Assembly: GCA_964640635.1 (NCBI GenBank)
Contig: CAZXFD010000004.1
Coordinates: forward strand, 9,262-73,261
DNA: 64,000 nt
Direction: 5' to 3'
Source of the DNA: an uncultured Gammaproteobacteria bacterium
GTDB lineage: Bacteria; Patescibacteriota; Patescibacteriia; UBA1558; S5-K13
Shown here: in pieces, positions 30,133-39,438 of the stretch
Numbering within the stretch: position 1 is the stretch's first letter
How the letters are laid out: each line of letters begins with the position of its first letter
Made by a program: the position numbers and the translations under genes
Notes under the pieces: model-generated
What the model was told of the DNA's origin: nothing
Database searches by the model: none
The model's input: the letters and a program-made list of their open reading frames with translations, nothing else

Positions 30133-31338
30133 TTATTTTAAATATTTATTTATTTCATTTAATGTGATTTGTAAAATATTTTTTTTAATTGGCGATATAT
30201 ATTGATACAATTCTTCTTTGTTTACCCACTTGTGATCTATAATTTCTTTTTCTTCAGGATTAAATTTTTCATTCTCTGTTTGTCGAACAAAGTATATGCT
30301 TTGTTTTTGTCCACAAAATTTTTCATTATATTTTTTTTGATAGGATGGTATATTGTGCCAGGTCATTGGCCAGTAATGAGAATTTGTTCTAGTAGCCATA
30401 CCTAGAATTTGTATTTTTGTAAATCCAGTTTCTTCTTGTATTTCTCTTTTTAGTGCTATTTCTATGTCTTCATTTTTTTCTACTCCACCCTGGGGTAATC
30501 TGTAGCCTGTTTTTTCATACAATTCTTTTATTATTAGTATTTTGTTTTCAGTGTTTATTATTACAGCAACTACATTATTTCTAAATGGTTTGTGTAGGTG
30601 TATTTTCCACTTTATAAGATTATAGATATAAACTATTGTAGCATTTATGATTCTTTTTGCTCTATATGGTTCTCTTATGAGCCTCCAAAACCACTCTAAT
30701 CCAATTTTTCTGATAAATTTAGGAGCTCTTTTTGCTTTTCCAGATATAAAGTCTATTGTACCGCCAACACCTATTGCTAAGCGTATATTTGGCATATTTT
30801 TTAGATTTTTATAAATCCATTTTTCTTGAAAAGGTGCGCCATATCCTACAAAAAGTATTTGAGCATCACTATTTTTTATGCTTTCTATTATTTGCTGATT
30901 TTCATTTTCTGATATTTTATAGATATCACTAAATCCAGAAGTGGCACCGACTATTTTTATGTTTTTGTATTTAGTTTCTAGTTTTGTTTTTGCTATTTGA
31001 GCGCAGTCTCCTCTTCCACCTAATAAGAATATTTTATAGCCATTTTCACTAGCAAATTTGGATATTTTGTATGTTAGGTCTACGCCAGTGACTCTTGTAT
31101 ATATATTTTGATTTAAAAATATAGATCCAAGTATTATGCCAAATCCATCGGGGGTTTTTATGTCAGCATTGTTTAATATCATTCTATACTCTGCATCTTT
31201 TTGTGCCTTTAAAATGATTTCGGGGTTTATTGTGGCGATATAGTGTTGTTTGCCGTCATTTAAAAATGTCTTGATCTTTTCAATACTTTTTTTGTAATTT
31301 ATGTTATCTATGTCTATGTTTAATATGCAAGGCATCAT
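30133..31338 (-). CDS. WecG/TagA/CpsF glycosyltransferase fused to an RppH-like NUDIX hydrolase
   Basis: NPE, PDG, RVTGVDL, GAPFQEKW, RAP..GLEW; Nudix box GGVEKNEDIEIALKREIQEETG. Confidence 0.85.
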   Translation of the reverse strand: MMPCILNIDIDNINYKKSIEKIKTFLNDGKQHYIATINPEIILKAQKDAEYRMILNNADIKTPDGFGIILGSIFLNQNIYTRVTGVDLTYKISKFASENGYKIFLLGGRGDCAQIAKTKLETKYKNIKIVGATSGFSDIYKISENENQQIIESIKNSDAQILFVGYGAPFQEKWIYKNLKNMPNIRLAIGVGGTIDFISGKAKRAPKFIRKIGLEWFWRLIREPYRAKRIINATIVYIYNLIKWKIHLHKPFRNNVVAVIINTENKILIIKELYEKTGYRLPQGGVEKNEDIEIALKREIQEETGFTKIQILGMATRTNSHYWPMTWHNIPSYQKKYNEKFCGQKQSIYFVRQTENEKFNPEEKEIIDHKWVNKEELYQYISPIKKNILQITLNEINKYLK

Positions 31339-31463
31339 AATATTTATTTTTTATATAAAAAAACAACAAACTTACTTTGTTTTTTGGGTAAGTTTATAAT
31401 TAAAAAGTGCTATTCATGTAGTTATTTTAGCAGTTTTTGGGTATTAAGTGAAGTATTTTGGTA

Positions 31464-32075
31464 TTAGAAGCTACTTCTAGTTTTTTTGAGAAATGTTTTG
31501 TATTGTGGGTCCTCTTTCATCATTCTATCTAGCAATTCTCTAAGATATCTTGCTTTACTCTTTTTTACACCAAGAGATTTCCAATTTAAATATCTTTCAG
31601 TCCTAGGCGATATTCTTAGAGTAAATTTGATGTTTACTTTTTCTTGTAATAGATTTCCAGATTCTAATAGTTCCAAAAAGTCCAATATAACATCTTCTAT
31701 AGACTTTTTATCCTTTTTATAGAATCTTAGAAAGAAGTTTTTTCCTAGGTTTTCGTCTTTTCTTATGTATTCTAATTGATCTGGAATCAGATGCCCTTTT
31801 TCCATGAGATATAAAACAGGTTTTTTGTAGGCAAGTGCGGTTGCTATGATATAAATTGTATCACTAAAGGTGTGTGTTCCTTCTATAATGACAGCCTCTA
31901 TTTGATCATAACTAATACTGCGCCTTGCTTCATTTTCTCCTTTTGTTACTATTTTTTCTAGATTACTGACAAGATTTAGGCCATTTTTTACAAGTAATTG
32001 ATTGATGAGAAAATAACGATCCTTCCAATATTCATCGTCGAGTTTTTCTAAATTTGCACAATAATATACTTTCAT
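31464..32075 (-). CDS. Nucleoside-deoxyribosyltransferase-like domain plus C-terminal ribbon-helix-helix (putative regulator)
   Basis: AVIIEGT...ALAYKKPVLYL; KFTLRISPRTERYLNWKS..SKARYLRELL. Confidence 0.6.
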   Translation of the reverse strand: MKVYYCANLEKLDDEYWKDRYFLINQLLVKNGLNLVSNLEKIVTKGENEARRSISYDQIEAVIIEGTHTFSDTIYIIATALAYKKPVLYLMEKGHLIPDQLEYIRKDENLGKNFFLRFYKKDKKSIEDVILDFLELLESGNLLQEKVNIKFTLRISPRTERYLNWKSLGVKKSKARYLRELLDRMMKEDPQYKTFLKKTRSSF

Positions 32076-32079
32076 ATTT

Positions 32080-33045
32080 TTATTCTATAAATTCTCCTTG
32101 TATGTTTTTGCAGAGTAGGTCTTTTATTTTTTCCTCATTTTTTGTTTGTCCCAATATCCAGGATAGTTTTGCACATAGACATTCTGGGCTAATATTGCTT
32201 ATTGTAAGGATTGTATGAAAGAAGCTTTTTCCAAAACTCATTTTGCTATATAAAATGACAAGTTTTTTGTTTTCTTGGCTAAGTTTGAATAATTTTACTA
32301 ATTTTTCTCTATCCATTATTTTGTTTGGCCAAGATTTGAATATCAAAACTTTTATTGGGTTGTTTTTTGATAAGAGTGATTCTAATATATTTATTTCTGG
32401 TATTGTTTCTAAAAATAGATAATCGTCACTCATTTTGTAAAAATATTTTGTTTCAAGGGGTATTATTTTGTTTTCATCTTCTATAGAGAGTCCAAAGTCT
32501 ATTTTTGCAAGGTATTTTGAATCAATTGAATCGAATATATTCAAGTCAGACAAGCTACATCTGTGTATTTTGGAAGCCGCAATTACTCTATTTCCGTATA
32601 CAGTGCTTATTTTATTTATTCGGCTATTGATAACCTGAAGAGAATTAATTAAATTTGCTTTAAATGATAAATCTGGTACTGATCCAGTTTCTTGTTCCAT
32701 GGTATTTGATCCAGTTATTACTATTGGTTTTGTAGGGTTTTGTATTAGCCAGAATAATTGATTGGAAAGTGTGGGAATTGAGTCTGCATCGTGAAGTATT
32801 AATATGCCATCATAATTTTTTATATTTAATTCAATAGTATTTACTATTTTTATCAAATTTTCTCTAGTTTTTGTTTCCCTTTCTTTTTCTATTATTAGAA
32901 AGTCCTGAGTATTTGCGATAAGAGATATTTCTGGAATTTTACCAAGCCATTTTTGTATGTCGTCTTTTTTTTCTACACATACAAAACCATCCTTTTTATC
33001 ATATAAAGTGGTACCACCATAGAATATTGTAAATATTTTGTTCAT
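32080..33045 (-). CDS. Asparaginase-like protein with degenerate active site
   Basis: YGGTT, KPIVITGS, ASK, KLSWILG; HGTDT motif reads HDADS. Confidence 0.75.
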   Translation of the reverse strand: MNKIFTIFYGGTTLYDKKDGFVCVEKKDDIQKWLGKIPEISLIANTQDFLIIEKERETKTRENLIKIVNTIELNIKNYDGILILHDADSIPTLSNQLFWLIQNPTKPIVITGSNTMEQETGSVPDLSFKANLINSLQVINSRINKISTVYGNRVIAASKIHRCSLSDLNIFDSIDSKYLAKIDFGLSIEDENKIIPLETKYFYKMSDDYLFLETIPEINILESLLSKNNPIKVLIFKSWPNKIMDREKLVKLFKLSQENKKLVILYSKMSFGKSFFHTILTISNISPECLCAKLSWILGQTKNEEKIKDLLCKNIQGEFIE

Positions 33046-33046
33046 C

Positions 33047-33718
33047 TTAATCTTTTTTGAAAATTAGATATGCTATTGATGCATTCATTAATATTGCTGA
33101 CACGGCTCCTAGCCAATCATAGGAGTGTTTTCCAATATATGGAAGGTACCAAGCAAAGAAAACCCCAAGTATATAGGGAACAGTTGTTGCTATTAGTATA
33201 TTTTTTAATGTTTGTTTATTTATGCCTTGAGCTAGGATGTATTTTTTTATTAATATCGACAAAGCTAATATTAGTAATATTATAAAGTAAATTCCATAAA
33301 TTAAATTTAAATTTATATCTACTACTTGATACAATACCTTATTATAGTAGTAGTGTTTAATAATGAAATTTTTAGAAAATATAATATAAAAAATTAATAA
33401 ACTTATCGATGTTAATATGTAATATATTAATTTTGGAATTTTAAATAGCTTATATGGAAATTCAATAGAAAATAATAAAAAACAAATAATAATCAATGTT
33501 GTACAAAAGTAAACAAGTTGATTTAATGCTATAGATATATTGTTATTTTGTGTAAATAAAATTAGTATGTCTATTATTGTCCATAGTCCTGCTATAAAAC
33601 ACATAAATGCAAAATAAATATTTGCTTTATTCTTTATTCCTCGATGTTTTTTTAATATTTTTATACCAATGAATATATTGGACGCAAGACTTAAAAATAG
33701 AATAATAATTTTTAACAT
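33047..33718 (-). CDS. Stand-alone HisKA_7TM-like membrane sensor domain
   Basis: About 7 TMs, N.YF..W pattern, ends IAYLIFK like the sensor boundary of the kinase at 2733. Confidence 0.7.
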   Translation of the reverse strand: MLKIIILFLSLASNIFIGIKILKKHRGIKNKANIYFAFMCFIAGLWTIIDILILFTQNNNISIALNQLVYFCTTLIIICFLLFSIEFPYKLFKIPKLIYYILTSISLLIFYIIFSKNFIIKHYYYNKVLYQVVDINLNLIYGIYFIILLILALSILIKKYILAQGINKQTLKNILIATTVPYILGVFFAWYLPYIGKHSYDWLGAVSAILMNASIAYLIFKKD

Positions 33719-33767
33719 ATAATTTGCATTAATTATATTAATTTTTTAAATATTTTAACTATATATT

Positions 33768-33837
33768 TATAGACGGCGCATTTTTATTGGACGGCCACCT
33801 ATATTTCTAACCTACTCCTTTGCTTTAAATATGTCAA
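33768..33837 (-). promoter_or_regulatory. Putative promoter with 5' leader hairpin for the 7TM-asparaginase-RHH operon
   Basis: TTGACA-17-TAGGTT; stem TATAGGTGGC/GCCGTCTATA with two G-U pairs. Confidence 0.5.
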
Positions 33838-33887
33838 GAGATTGTACGATTTTTTGGATGGGGCCATGAAATACTTTATTGATAATT

Positions 33888-33913
33888 AAAAAAGTCCTTA
33901 AAATAAGGACTTT
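33888..33913 (-). terminator. Terminator after rlmN
   Basis: aaaaaagtcctta-aaa-taaggacttt. Confidence 0.65.
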
Positions 33914-33933
33914 ATTATGATATGTGGAAATAA

Positions 33934-34920
33934 TTATTTTGTGACTAGTTGTCCACAAGCTGCATTTATATCAGATCCAAAACTATGTCTAAGGGTAAGT
34001 TTTACAGTATTGTCATGAAGTATTTGCATAAACTCCCGAATTTTTTTGTCAGTAGAAGATTTGAATTGGCCAGTTTCATTGTATTTTATGATATTTAGCA
34101 TGTATAATTTTTTTGTCATAAGCCTTGATAATTCTTCTGCATTTTTTGGGCTATCATTTATATCTTTTATCATAATATATTCAAACATTACACGCCTATT
34201 TGTTTTTTCTATGTAGTTATCAACAGCCTTTAGTATGTCTTCTATTTTGTATTTTTTGTTTATAGGCATTAATTTGTCTCTCAGAATATTGTTTGAAGCA
34301 TGAAGTGATATTGCTAAATTGATTTGCATTTTTTCATTTGCTAGTTTTTTTATTCCATCAATTACGCCACAGGTTGAAATTGAAATTCTTCTTGCGCCAA
34401 TGTTGAAAGCATTATTGTCGTTTAGAATTTTTATTGATTCTATTACATTGTCATAATTTAAAAACGGCTCACCCATTCCCATATATACTACATTTGTAAT
34501 TTTTTTATTTTCTTTTTTGAGTATTCGTGCAAAAAATAATACCTGTTCTATTATTTCATATTTATTTAGATCTCTTACAAAACCCATAGATCCTGTTGCG
34601 CAAAATGAGCATTTCATAGGACATCCTACTTGAGATGAAACACATACTGTATTTCTATTGTCAACATGTGATAATAACACAGTTTCTATTTTTGCTCCAT
34701 CAGATAGTGTGATAAGTGCTTTTTTAGTGCCACTAGAGTCATAAAGCTGCGCATCTATAGAAAGTGGACAAGACTTATTTAATTTTTCTCGAAGAGTTTT
34801 GGGCAATGTTTTTGCGTCATCCCAGTCACTTATCAATTCTTGGAAAATTGCTTTTTTTACTTGAGTTATACGAAATTTAGGTTCTTTTGATAATATTTTT
34901 TCTAAATCTTTTATATTCAT
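33934..34920 (-). CDS. rlmN: 23S rRNA/tRNA m2A radical-SAM methyltransferase
   Basis: CVSSQVGCPMKCSFC, MGMGEP, SLH, AACGQL; start taken at ATG 34920. Confidence 0.93.
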   Translation of the reverse strand: MNIKDLEKILSKEPKFRITQVKKAIFQELISDWDDAKTLPKTLREKLNKSCPLSIDAQLYDSSGTKKALITLSDGAKIETVLLSHVDNRNTVCVSSQVGCPMKCSFCATGSMGFVRDLNKYEIIEQVLFFARILKKENKKITNVVYMGMGEPFLNYDNVIESIKILNDNNAFNIGARRISISTCGVIDGIKKLANEKMQINLAISLHASNNILRDKLMPINKKYKIEDILKAVDNYIEKTNRRVMFEYIMIKDINDSPKNAEELSRLMTKKLYMLNIIKYNETGQFKSSTDKKIREFMQILHDNTVKLTLRHSFGSDINAACGQLVTK

Positions 34921-34924
34921 AAAA

Positions 34925-35560
34925 TTAAAATAACACTCCTTGAGCAAAAGAAAATGAATCTTGCTTTTTATTCTCTTCGTGATTTGGAATTATATTTAAT
35001 CTTTGAAGTTCAAAAAAACATTTTGCGCACACTCTTACATCTACCATTGCATTATGCGCATCTTTGAAGTCGTGATTAAACAATTTGAAATGTAGTTCTG
35101 ATAATTTAGGATATTTAAATGGTTTTGTTATTCCTCCAGGGATTTTACAGTATTCAACAGATGATTCCATGGTGCAGATTTTTTTTATTTGAGAAATATT
35201 GCTAGATATTTTTTTTCTTAGAAATTCTGCACTTGTTATTTTGTGATCAAAATTTATATTGTGAGCTATTAAGTATTTTGAATCTTTTAATATTTTGGAA
35301 AATTCATTTAAAACAGCTTTGAGTTCTATCCCCCTTTCATTTGCGATGTCGGTTGTTATGCCGTGAACTTTTGCACTATCGTGTGGTATGAAAAATCCCT
35401 CAGGTTTAATTATGTATTCTTTTGAAGAAAGTTCATTTCCATTTTTATCACAATAAAGCCATGCTATTTGAACTATTCTCGGCCAATTTTCTATGTCCGA
35501 AATAGGAGCATTCCAGCTTATTGGTAGTCCAGTTGTTTCAGTGTCGAAAAATAGATACAT
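34925..35560 (-). CDS. DEDDh 3'-5' exonuclease (DnaQ-like)
   Basis: FDTETTG, AHNINFD, AHNAMVD motifs. Confidence 0.9.
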   Translation of the reverse strand: MYLFFDTETTGLPISWNAPISDIENWPRIVQIAWLYCDKNGNELSSKEYIIKPEGFFIPHDSAKVHGITTDIANERGIELKAVLNEFSKILKDSKYLIAHNINFDHKITSAEFLRKKISSNISQIKKICTMESSVEYCKIPGGITKPFKYPKLSELHFKLFNHDFKDAHNAMVDVRVCAKCFFELQRLNIIPNHEENKKQDSFSFAQGVLF

Positions 35561-35608
35561 AGTGTTAGGTTTGAAGTATAAAGTTTGAGGTTTGAAATAT
35601 TTAGAATA

Positions 35609-36304
35609 TTACTTTAGTAATTTTTGAATATATTTTTTTGCACGTAATTGATCTTCAATATCATTTTCTATTTCAAGTGCAAGATATTTTGGTAAGTATT
35701 TTTTGTATTTTTTCAAGTAGTCGAATTCATTTAAGTTATTAAAAAGATGATCAGAATGTGCTAATTGTTTTGAATATGGATTAATATATGCTTTTTTGAT
35801 TGCACTTACGTGTGCAAAACCACAGGGGTATTTTTTTAATAAATTTATTATTTTTTGATAGGCATTATTCCATTTGTGTAAATATGCGTCGTGTAAATGG
35901 GCTACGTCTAGACAAATACCAGCATAGTCACTTATTTCATTTTCAATGTGAGCATTTTTGTCGTCTGCACCACTATTTTCGATATATACTTTGTTTTTGT
36001 ATTTTTTTAGTATATTTTTATCTTTTATTTCAAAAAAACCAGTGGGATGAGTATTAAAAGCCTTGGTTTTAAATGTTTTGATAAGATATTCTATCTCATC
36101 TAGCTTCATATCGTTTCTAAGATGTATTACGGGAACTGATTTGATGTTGTGTTTTATTAATTCTTTATATATTTTTTGACGAACAGTTTTTGTTGCATAT
36201 AGGGTAAAAAATAAAGCAACTTCTTTTATTTTGAATTTTTGAAGATCTTTGACTTTTTGTAGATAGTTTTTATTTGTTGTAGTTATTGATACTAGAATTT
36301 TCAT
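35609..36304 (-). CDS. TIM-barrel metalloprotein (AP endonuclease 2/xylose isomerase-like)
   Basis: IH, NTHP, IEN, CLDVAH, HVS, LE putative metal ligands. Confidence 0.6.
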   Translation of the reverse strand: MKILVSITTTNKNYLQKVKDLQKFKIKEVALFFTLYATKTVRQKIYKELIKHNIKSVPVIHLRNDMKLDEIEYLIKTFKTKAFNTHPTGFFEIKDKNILKKYKNKVYIENSGADDKNAHIENEISDYAGICLDVAHLHDAYLHKWNNAYQKIINLLKKYPCGFAHVSAIKKAYINPYSKQLAHSDHLFNNLNEFDYLKKYKKYLPKYLALEIENDIEDQLRAKKYIQKLLK

Positions 36305-36370
36305 GTATTTGTGTTCAAATTATTTTAACTTATATATATTTTACCATGACAGCGGTTATTCAAGAAATTT

Positions 36371-36400
36371 AAAAACATTCGAAGAGAACGAATGTTTTTT
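36371..36400. terminator. Terminator after rarA
   Basis: aaaaacattcg-aagagaa-cgaatgtttttt. Confidence 0.65.
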
Positions 36401-36435
36401 AAAAGTCAATATGCGTTTTTAATATATAGACAATG

Positions 36436-37647
36436 TTAATTTATGTATTTTTTATTTTTTAATTTTTCTGGTAAATATATTTGATCCTCTTTGTAGTCGT
36501 AATCAGGACTATATTTATAATCTTTTCCATAGCCTAAGTTTTTCATTAATTTAGTGGGAGCGTTTCTAATATGAAGTGGTACTGGTAAATTTCCAAATTC
36601 ATGGATATCTTTTTCAATTTTTTTGTATGCTACGTATAGTTCGTTGGATTTACGACATTTTGCCATATATACAACCGCTTGAGCTAGAATTACATTGCAT
36701 TCTGGTAGACCTATGAAATGACATGCATTGTAAGTCGCCACAGCTTGTTCTAAAGCACGAGAATTAGCAAGTCCTATGTCTTCAGAGGCAAACCTTACAA
36801 TTCGTCGTGCAATGTATAATGGATCTTCCCCAGCTTCTATCATGCGAGCCAACCAATAAAGCGAAGCGTTAGCATCTCCTCCACGCATTGATTTGTGAAG
36901 AGCGGATATTATATTATAGTGTTCTTCGCCATTTTTGTCATACATTAGATAAGATTTTTGAAATGCTTCTTTTATTTCTTCGCTTGTAATTTTTTTGTCT
37001 TTTGAAAGTGTTGCAGAATATTCTAAAACGTTTAAAGCTGTTCTTGCATCACCATTAGACATTTGAGCGAGTATATCTATGGTTTTTTTATCAAGTTTTA
37101 ATTTGAGTTTTCCAAGCCCTTTTTCGCTATCTAGTAATGCGGACTTAATGATTTTTGATAACTGCACCTCATCTAATTGTTTTAGTACAAATACGCGACT
37201 TCTTGAAAGTAGTGCGCTTCTTACTTCAAAACTTGGATTCTCGGTTGTTGCGCCGATAAGAGTAATAACACCTTTTTCAACATGAGGAAGAAGTGCATCT
37301 TGTTGGGTTTTGTTCCAGCGATGAATTTCATCAATAAATAAAATTGTATTTTTGTTTTTTTCTATATTTTCTTTTGCAGTTTCTATGATTTGTTTTAAGT
37401 CCTTTACCCCACTATTTACAGCACTTATTTGAACAAAGTCGGATTTTGTTTGGCGGGCTATTATAAATGCAAGAGTTGTTTTACCAGATCCTGGAGGCCC
37501 CCAAAAAATCATTGAAGGGATATTATCGCTTTCTATGGCTTGTTTTAACATTTTGCCATCACCAATAATTTCATCTTGACCCAAAAAATCAGAAAGTTTT
37601 TCTGGACGCATACGATCAGCTAAGGGTTTTTTTATTAAATTATTCAT
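36436..37647 (-). CDS. rarA: Replication-associated recombination protein A
   Basis: PLADRMRP, GPPGSGKTT, DEIHR, GATTENP, ASEDIG motifs. Confidence 0.95.
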   Translation of the reverse strand: MNNLIKKPLADRMRPEKLSDFLGQDEIIGDGKMLKQAIESDNIPSMIFWGPPGSGKTTLAFIIARQTKSDFVQISAVNSGVKDLKQIIETAKENIEKNKNTILFIDEIHRWNKTQQDALLPHVEKGVITLIGATTENPSFEVRSALLSRSRVFVLKQLDEVQLSKIIKSALLDSEKGLGKLKLKLDKKTIDILAQMSNGDARTALNVLEYSATLSKDKKITSEEIKEAFQKSYLMYDKNGEEHYNIISALHKSMRGGDANASLYWLARMIEAGEDPLYIARRIVRFASEDIGLANSRALEQAVATYNACHFIGLPECNVILAQAVVYMAKCRKSNELYVAYKKIEKDIHEFGNLPVPLHIRNAPTKLMKNLGYGKDYKYSPDYDYKEDQIYLPEKLKNKKYIN

Positions 37648-37692
37648 ATAGAAATTATAGCAGATTGAGAGATTAGTGGAAAATTGATAAAC

Positions 37693-37724
37693 AAAAAAGC
37701 ATCCCGCTAACAGGATGCTTTTTT
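37693..37724. terminator. Terminator after the surface protein gene
   Basis: aaaaaagcatcc-cgctaaca-ggatgctttttt. Confidence 0.7.
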
Positions 37725-37734
37725 GTGAAACGCT

Positions 37735-39288
37735 TTAAAGTGTATTTAAAAGTTTTAATGTTTTTGGTCCAATATAACCGACTTGTTCTAGACCATTTGC
37801 TTTTTGGAAAGATTTTATAGCGGCTTCTGTATAGTTACCAAAGTATCCAGTGATTTTTGGGTATTTAAAATATCCAAAATCTTTTAAGGTTTTCTGTAAA
37901 GTACTAACTTCTTTGTTGTTTTTAAGATCCCTATTAGTTTTTCTTAGTTTTCTTGTAAAATTTAAATTTAATTTTTGGATAGCTTTATTTAGCTTAGTTG
38001 TTGGTTCATCAGAAGTTATTTTTTCTCCCAAAACTTGGGGTATGATCTTTTCTGCTAATACTTGAGGTATTATAGGGTTTACTGGTGGTATAGATCCTCC
38101 AATATAACCACCACTACTAGGTCTATTATTTACAACTACTGTTCTTATTTTTGGTATGGCCGATTTTCCAGATAGATCTGTTGCGGTATATTCTAAAGTA
38201 TATGTTCCAGCTACAGATGTATTGACAACACCATTCATATAAATAGTTCTATTTGTGTCTATGTCGTCACTTACTATAGCACCCTCATCAGAATAACCAT
38301 CGCCAACATATAATGATATTGTTGCTTCACCATTTAGTGTTATAACGGGAATTTCTTTGTCTGTATTTATTATAGTTAATTTTATATATGTTTTGGAAGA
38401 TTCGCCATGTTTATCTGATACATATAAAGATATTTCACAGTTTTCATTTTGTCCCACCTCCTCAGTCTTGAAATCTGCTATACTATCTTTTTGTCCAATT
38501 AATTCTATATATTTACAAGTTGATTCCCAATGATACTGTATTTCTTTTTGATTTGGTGTTATGCTCTCATGTCCGTCTAATTGAAATTTTTCATTTTCTG
38601 CTATTTCTTCTTGAGTTTTGTAGATTTTTGCAAGGTATTTTGTAGAAACATCTATAGAATCAGTTGATTTTTTTTGAACAATAACTTTTCTTTCAATACT
38701 TGTTGTGTTATTAGATGCATCTGTGGCGGTATATGTTAGTATGTATTCTCCAGGTATTAGAGTGTTAATATCACCACTTCTTTCAAAGTTAATATTTTCT
38801 TCATTGTCTGTCGCTGTAATGTCATTATCATTATATGTTTGGCCAACAAATAACAATAATGGGTTAGCGCCAGATATTGTTATAACTGGGGGCGTGGTAT
38901 CTATATTTTTTATTATAAAGTTTATGGTCTCAAGTTTAGATGAATTTTTTCCATCTGTTACACTTAAAGATATTTCACATTTTTCATCTTGTTTTACTTC
39001 TCCTATGGAAATTTTAGCTGTAGCATCGGATGTTGTAATGACAATTTCGCATGTAGTATTCCAATCGTATCGTATTTCTTTTTGATTTGGAACTGTACTT
39101 TTTGAGCCATCTAATTTGAACTCGGTGTTTTCGTTTACTTCACTTGAAATATCGCTGGTTATCACCGCGATGGGTTCTGATATTGCTACTAAGTCTGAAT
39201 CAGGTTTTTCTGCTTTTGTAAAGCTAAGAAATAACACCAAAATTGGTATTAAAACTAGTAGCATTACTAGAGTTGTTATTTTTTTCAT
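37735..39288 (-). CDS. Secreted surface protein: two tandem (PKD-like + DUF5011-like Ig) modules and a C-terminal peptidoglycan-binding domain
   Basis: LDG..S.TPNQKEI.Y.W..TC twice; D..PVIT..G and PGEY/AGTY.L.Y.ATD twice; TGYFGNYTEAAIKSFQ..GYIGPKT. Confidence 0.8.
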   Translation of the reverse strand: MKKITTLVMLLVLIPILVLFLSFTKAEKPDSDLVAISEPIAVITSDISSEVNENTEFKLDGSKSTVPNQKEIRYDWNTTCEIVITTSDATAKISIGEVKQDEKCEISLSVTDGKNSSKLETINFIIKNIDTTPPVITISGANPLLLFVGQTYNDNDITATDNEENINFERSGDINTLIPGEYILTYTATDASNNTTSIERKVIVQKKSTDSIDVSTKYLAKIYKTQEEIAENEKFQLDGHESITPNQKEIQYHWESTCKYIELIGQKDSIADFKTEEVGQNENCEISLYVSDKHGESSKTYIKLTIINTDKEIPVITLNGEATISLYVGDGYSDEGAIVSDDIDTNRTIYMNGVVNTSVAGTYTLEYTATDLSGKSAIPKIRTVVVNNRPSSGGYIGGSIPPVNPIIPQVLAEKIIPQVLGEKITSDEPTTKLNKAIQKLNLNFTRKLRKTNRDLKNNKEVSTLQKTLKDFGYFKYPKITGYFGNYTEAAIKSFQKANGLEQVGYIGPKTLKLLNTL

Positions 39289-39438
39289 ATTTTTTATGGT
39301 TTACACCCTTAAAGGGTTCTTATTATTTATATTATGTAAAATACCTCAATCCCCAATTATTATTAATAATGGGTATTGAATTGAAATTTATTATTATTAT
39401 ATTATTATACTAAATATAAAAAATTTTGTCAAATGTAT

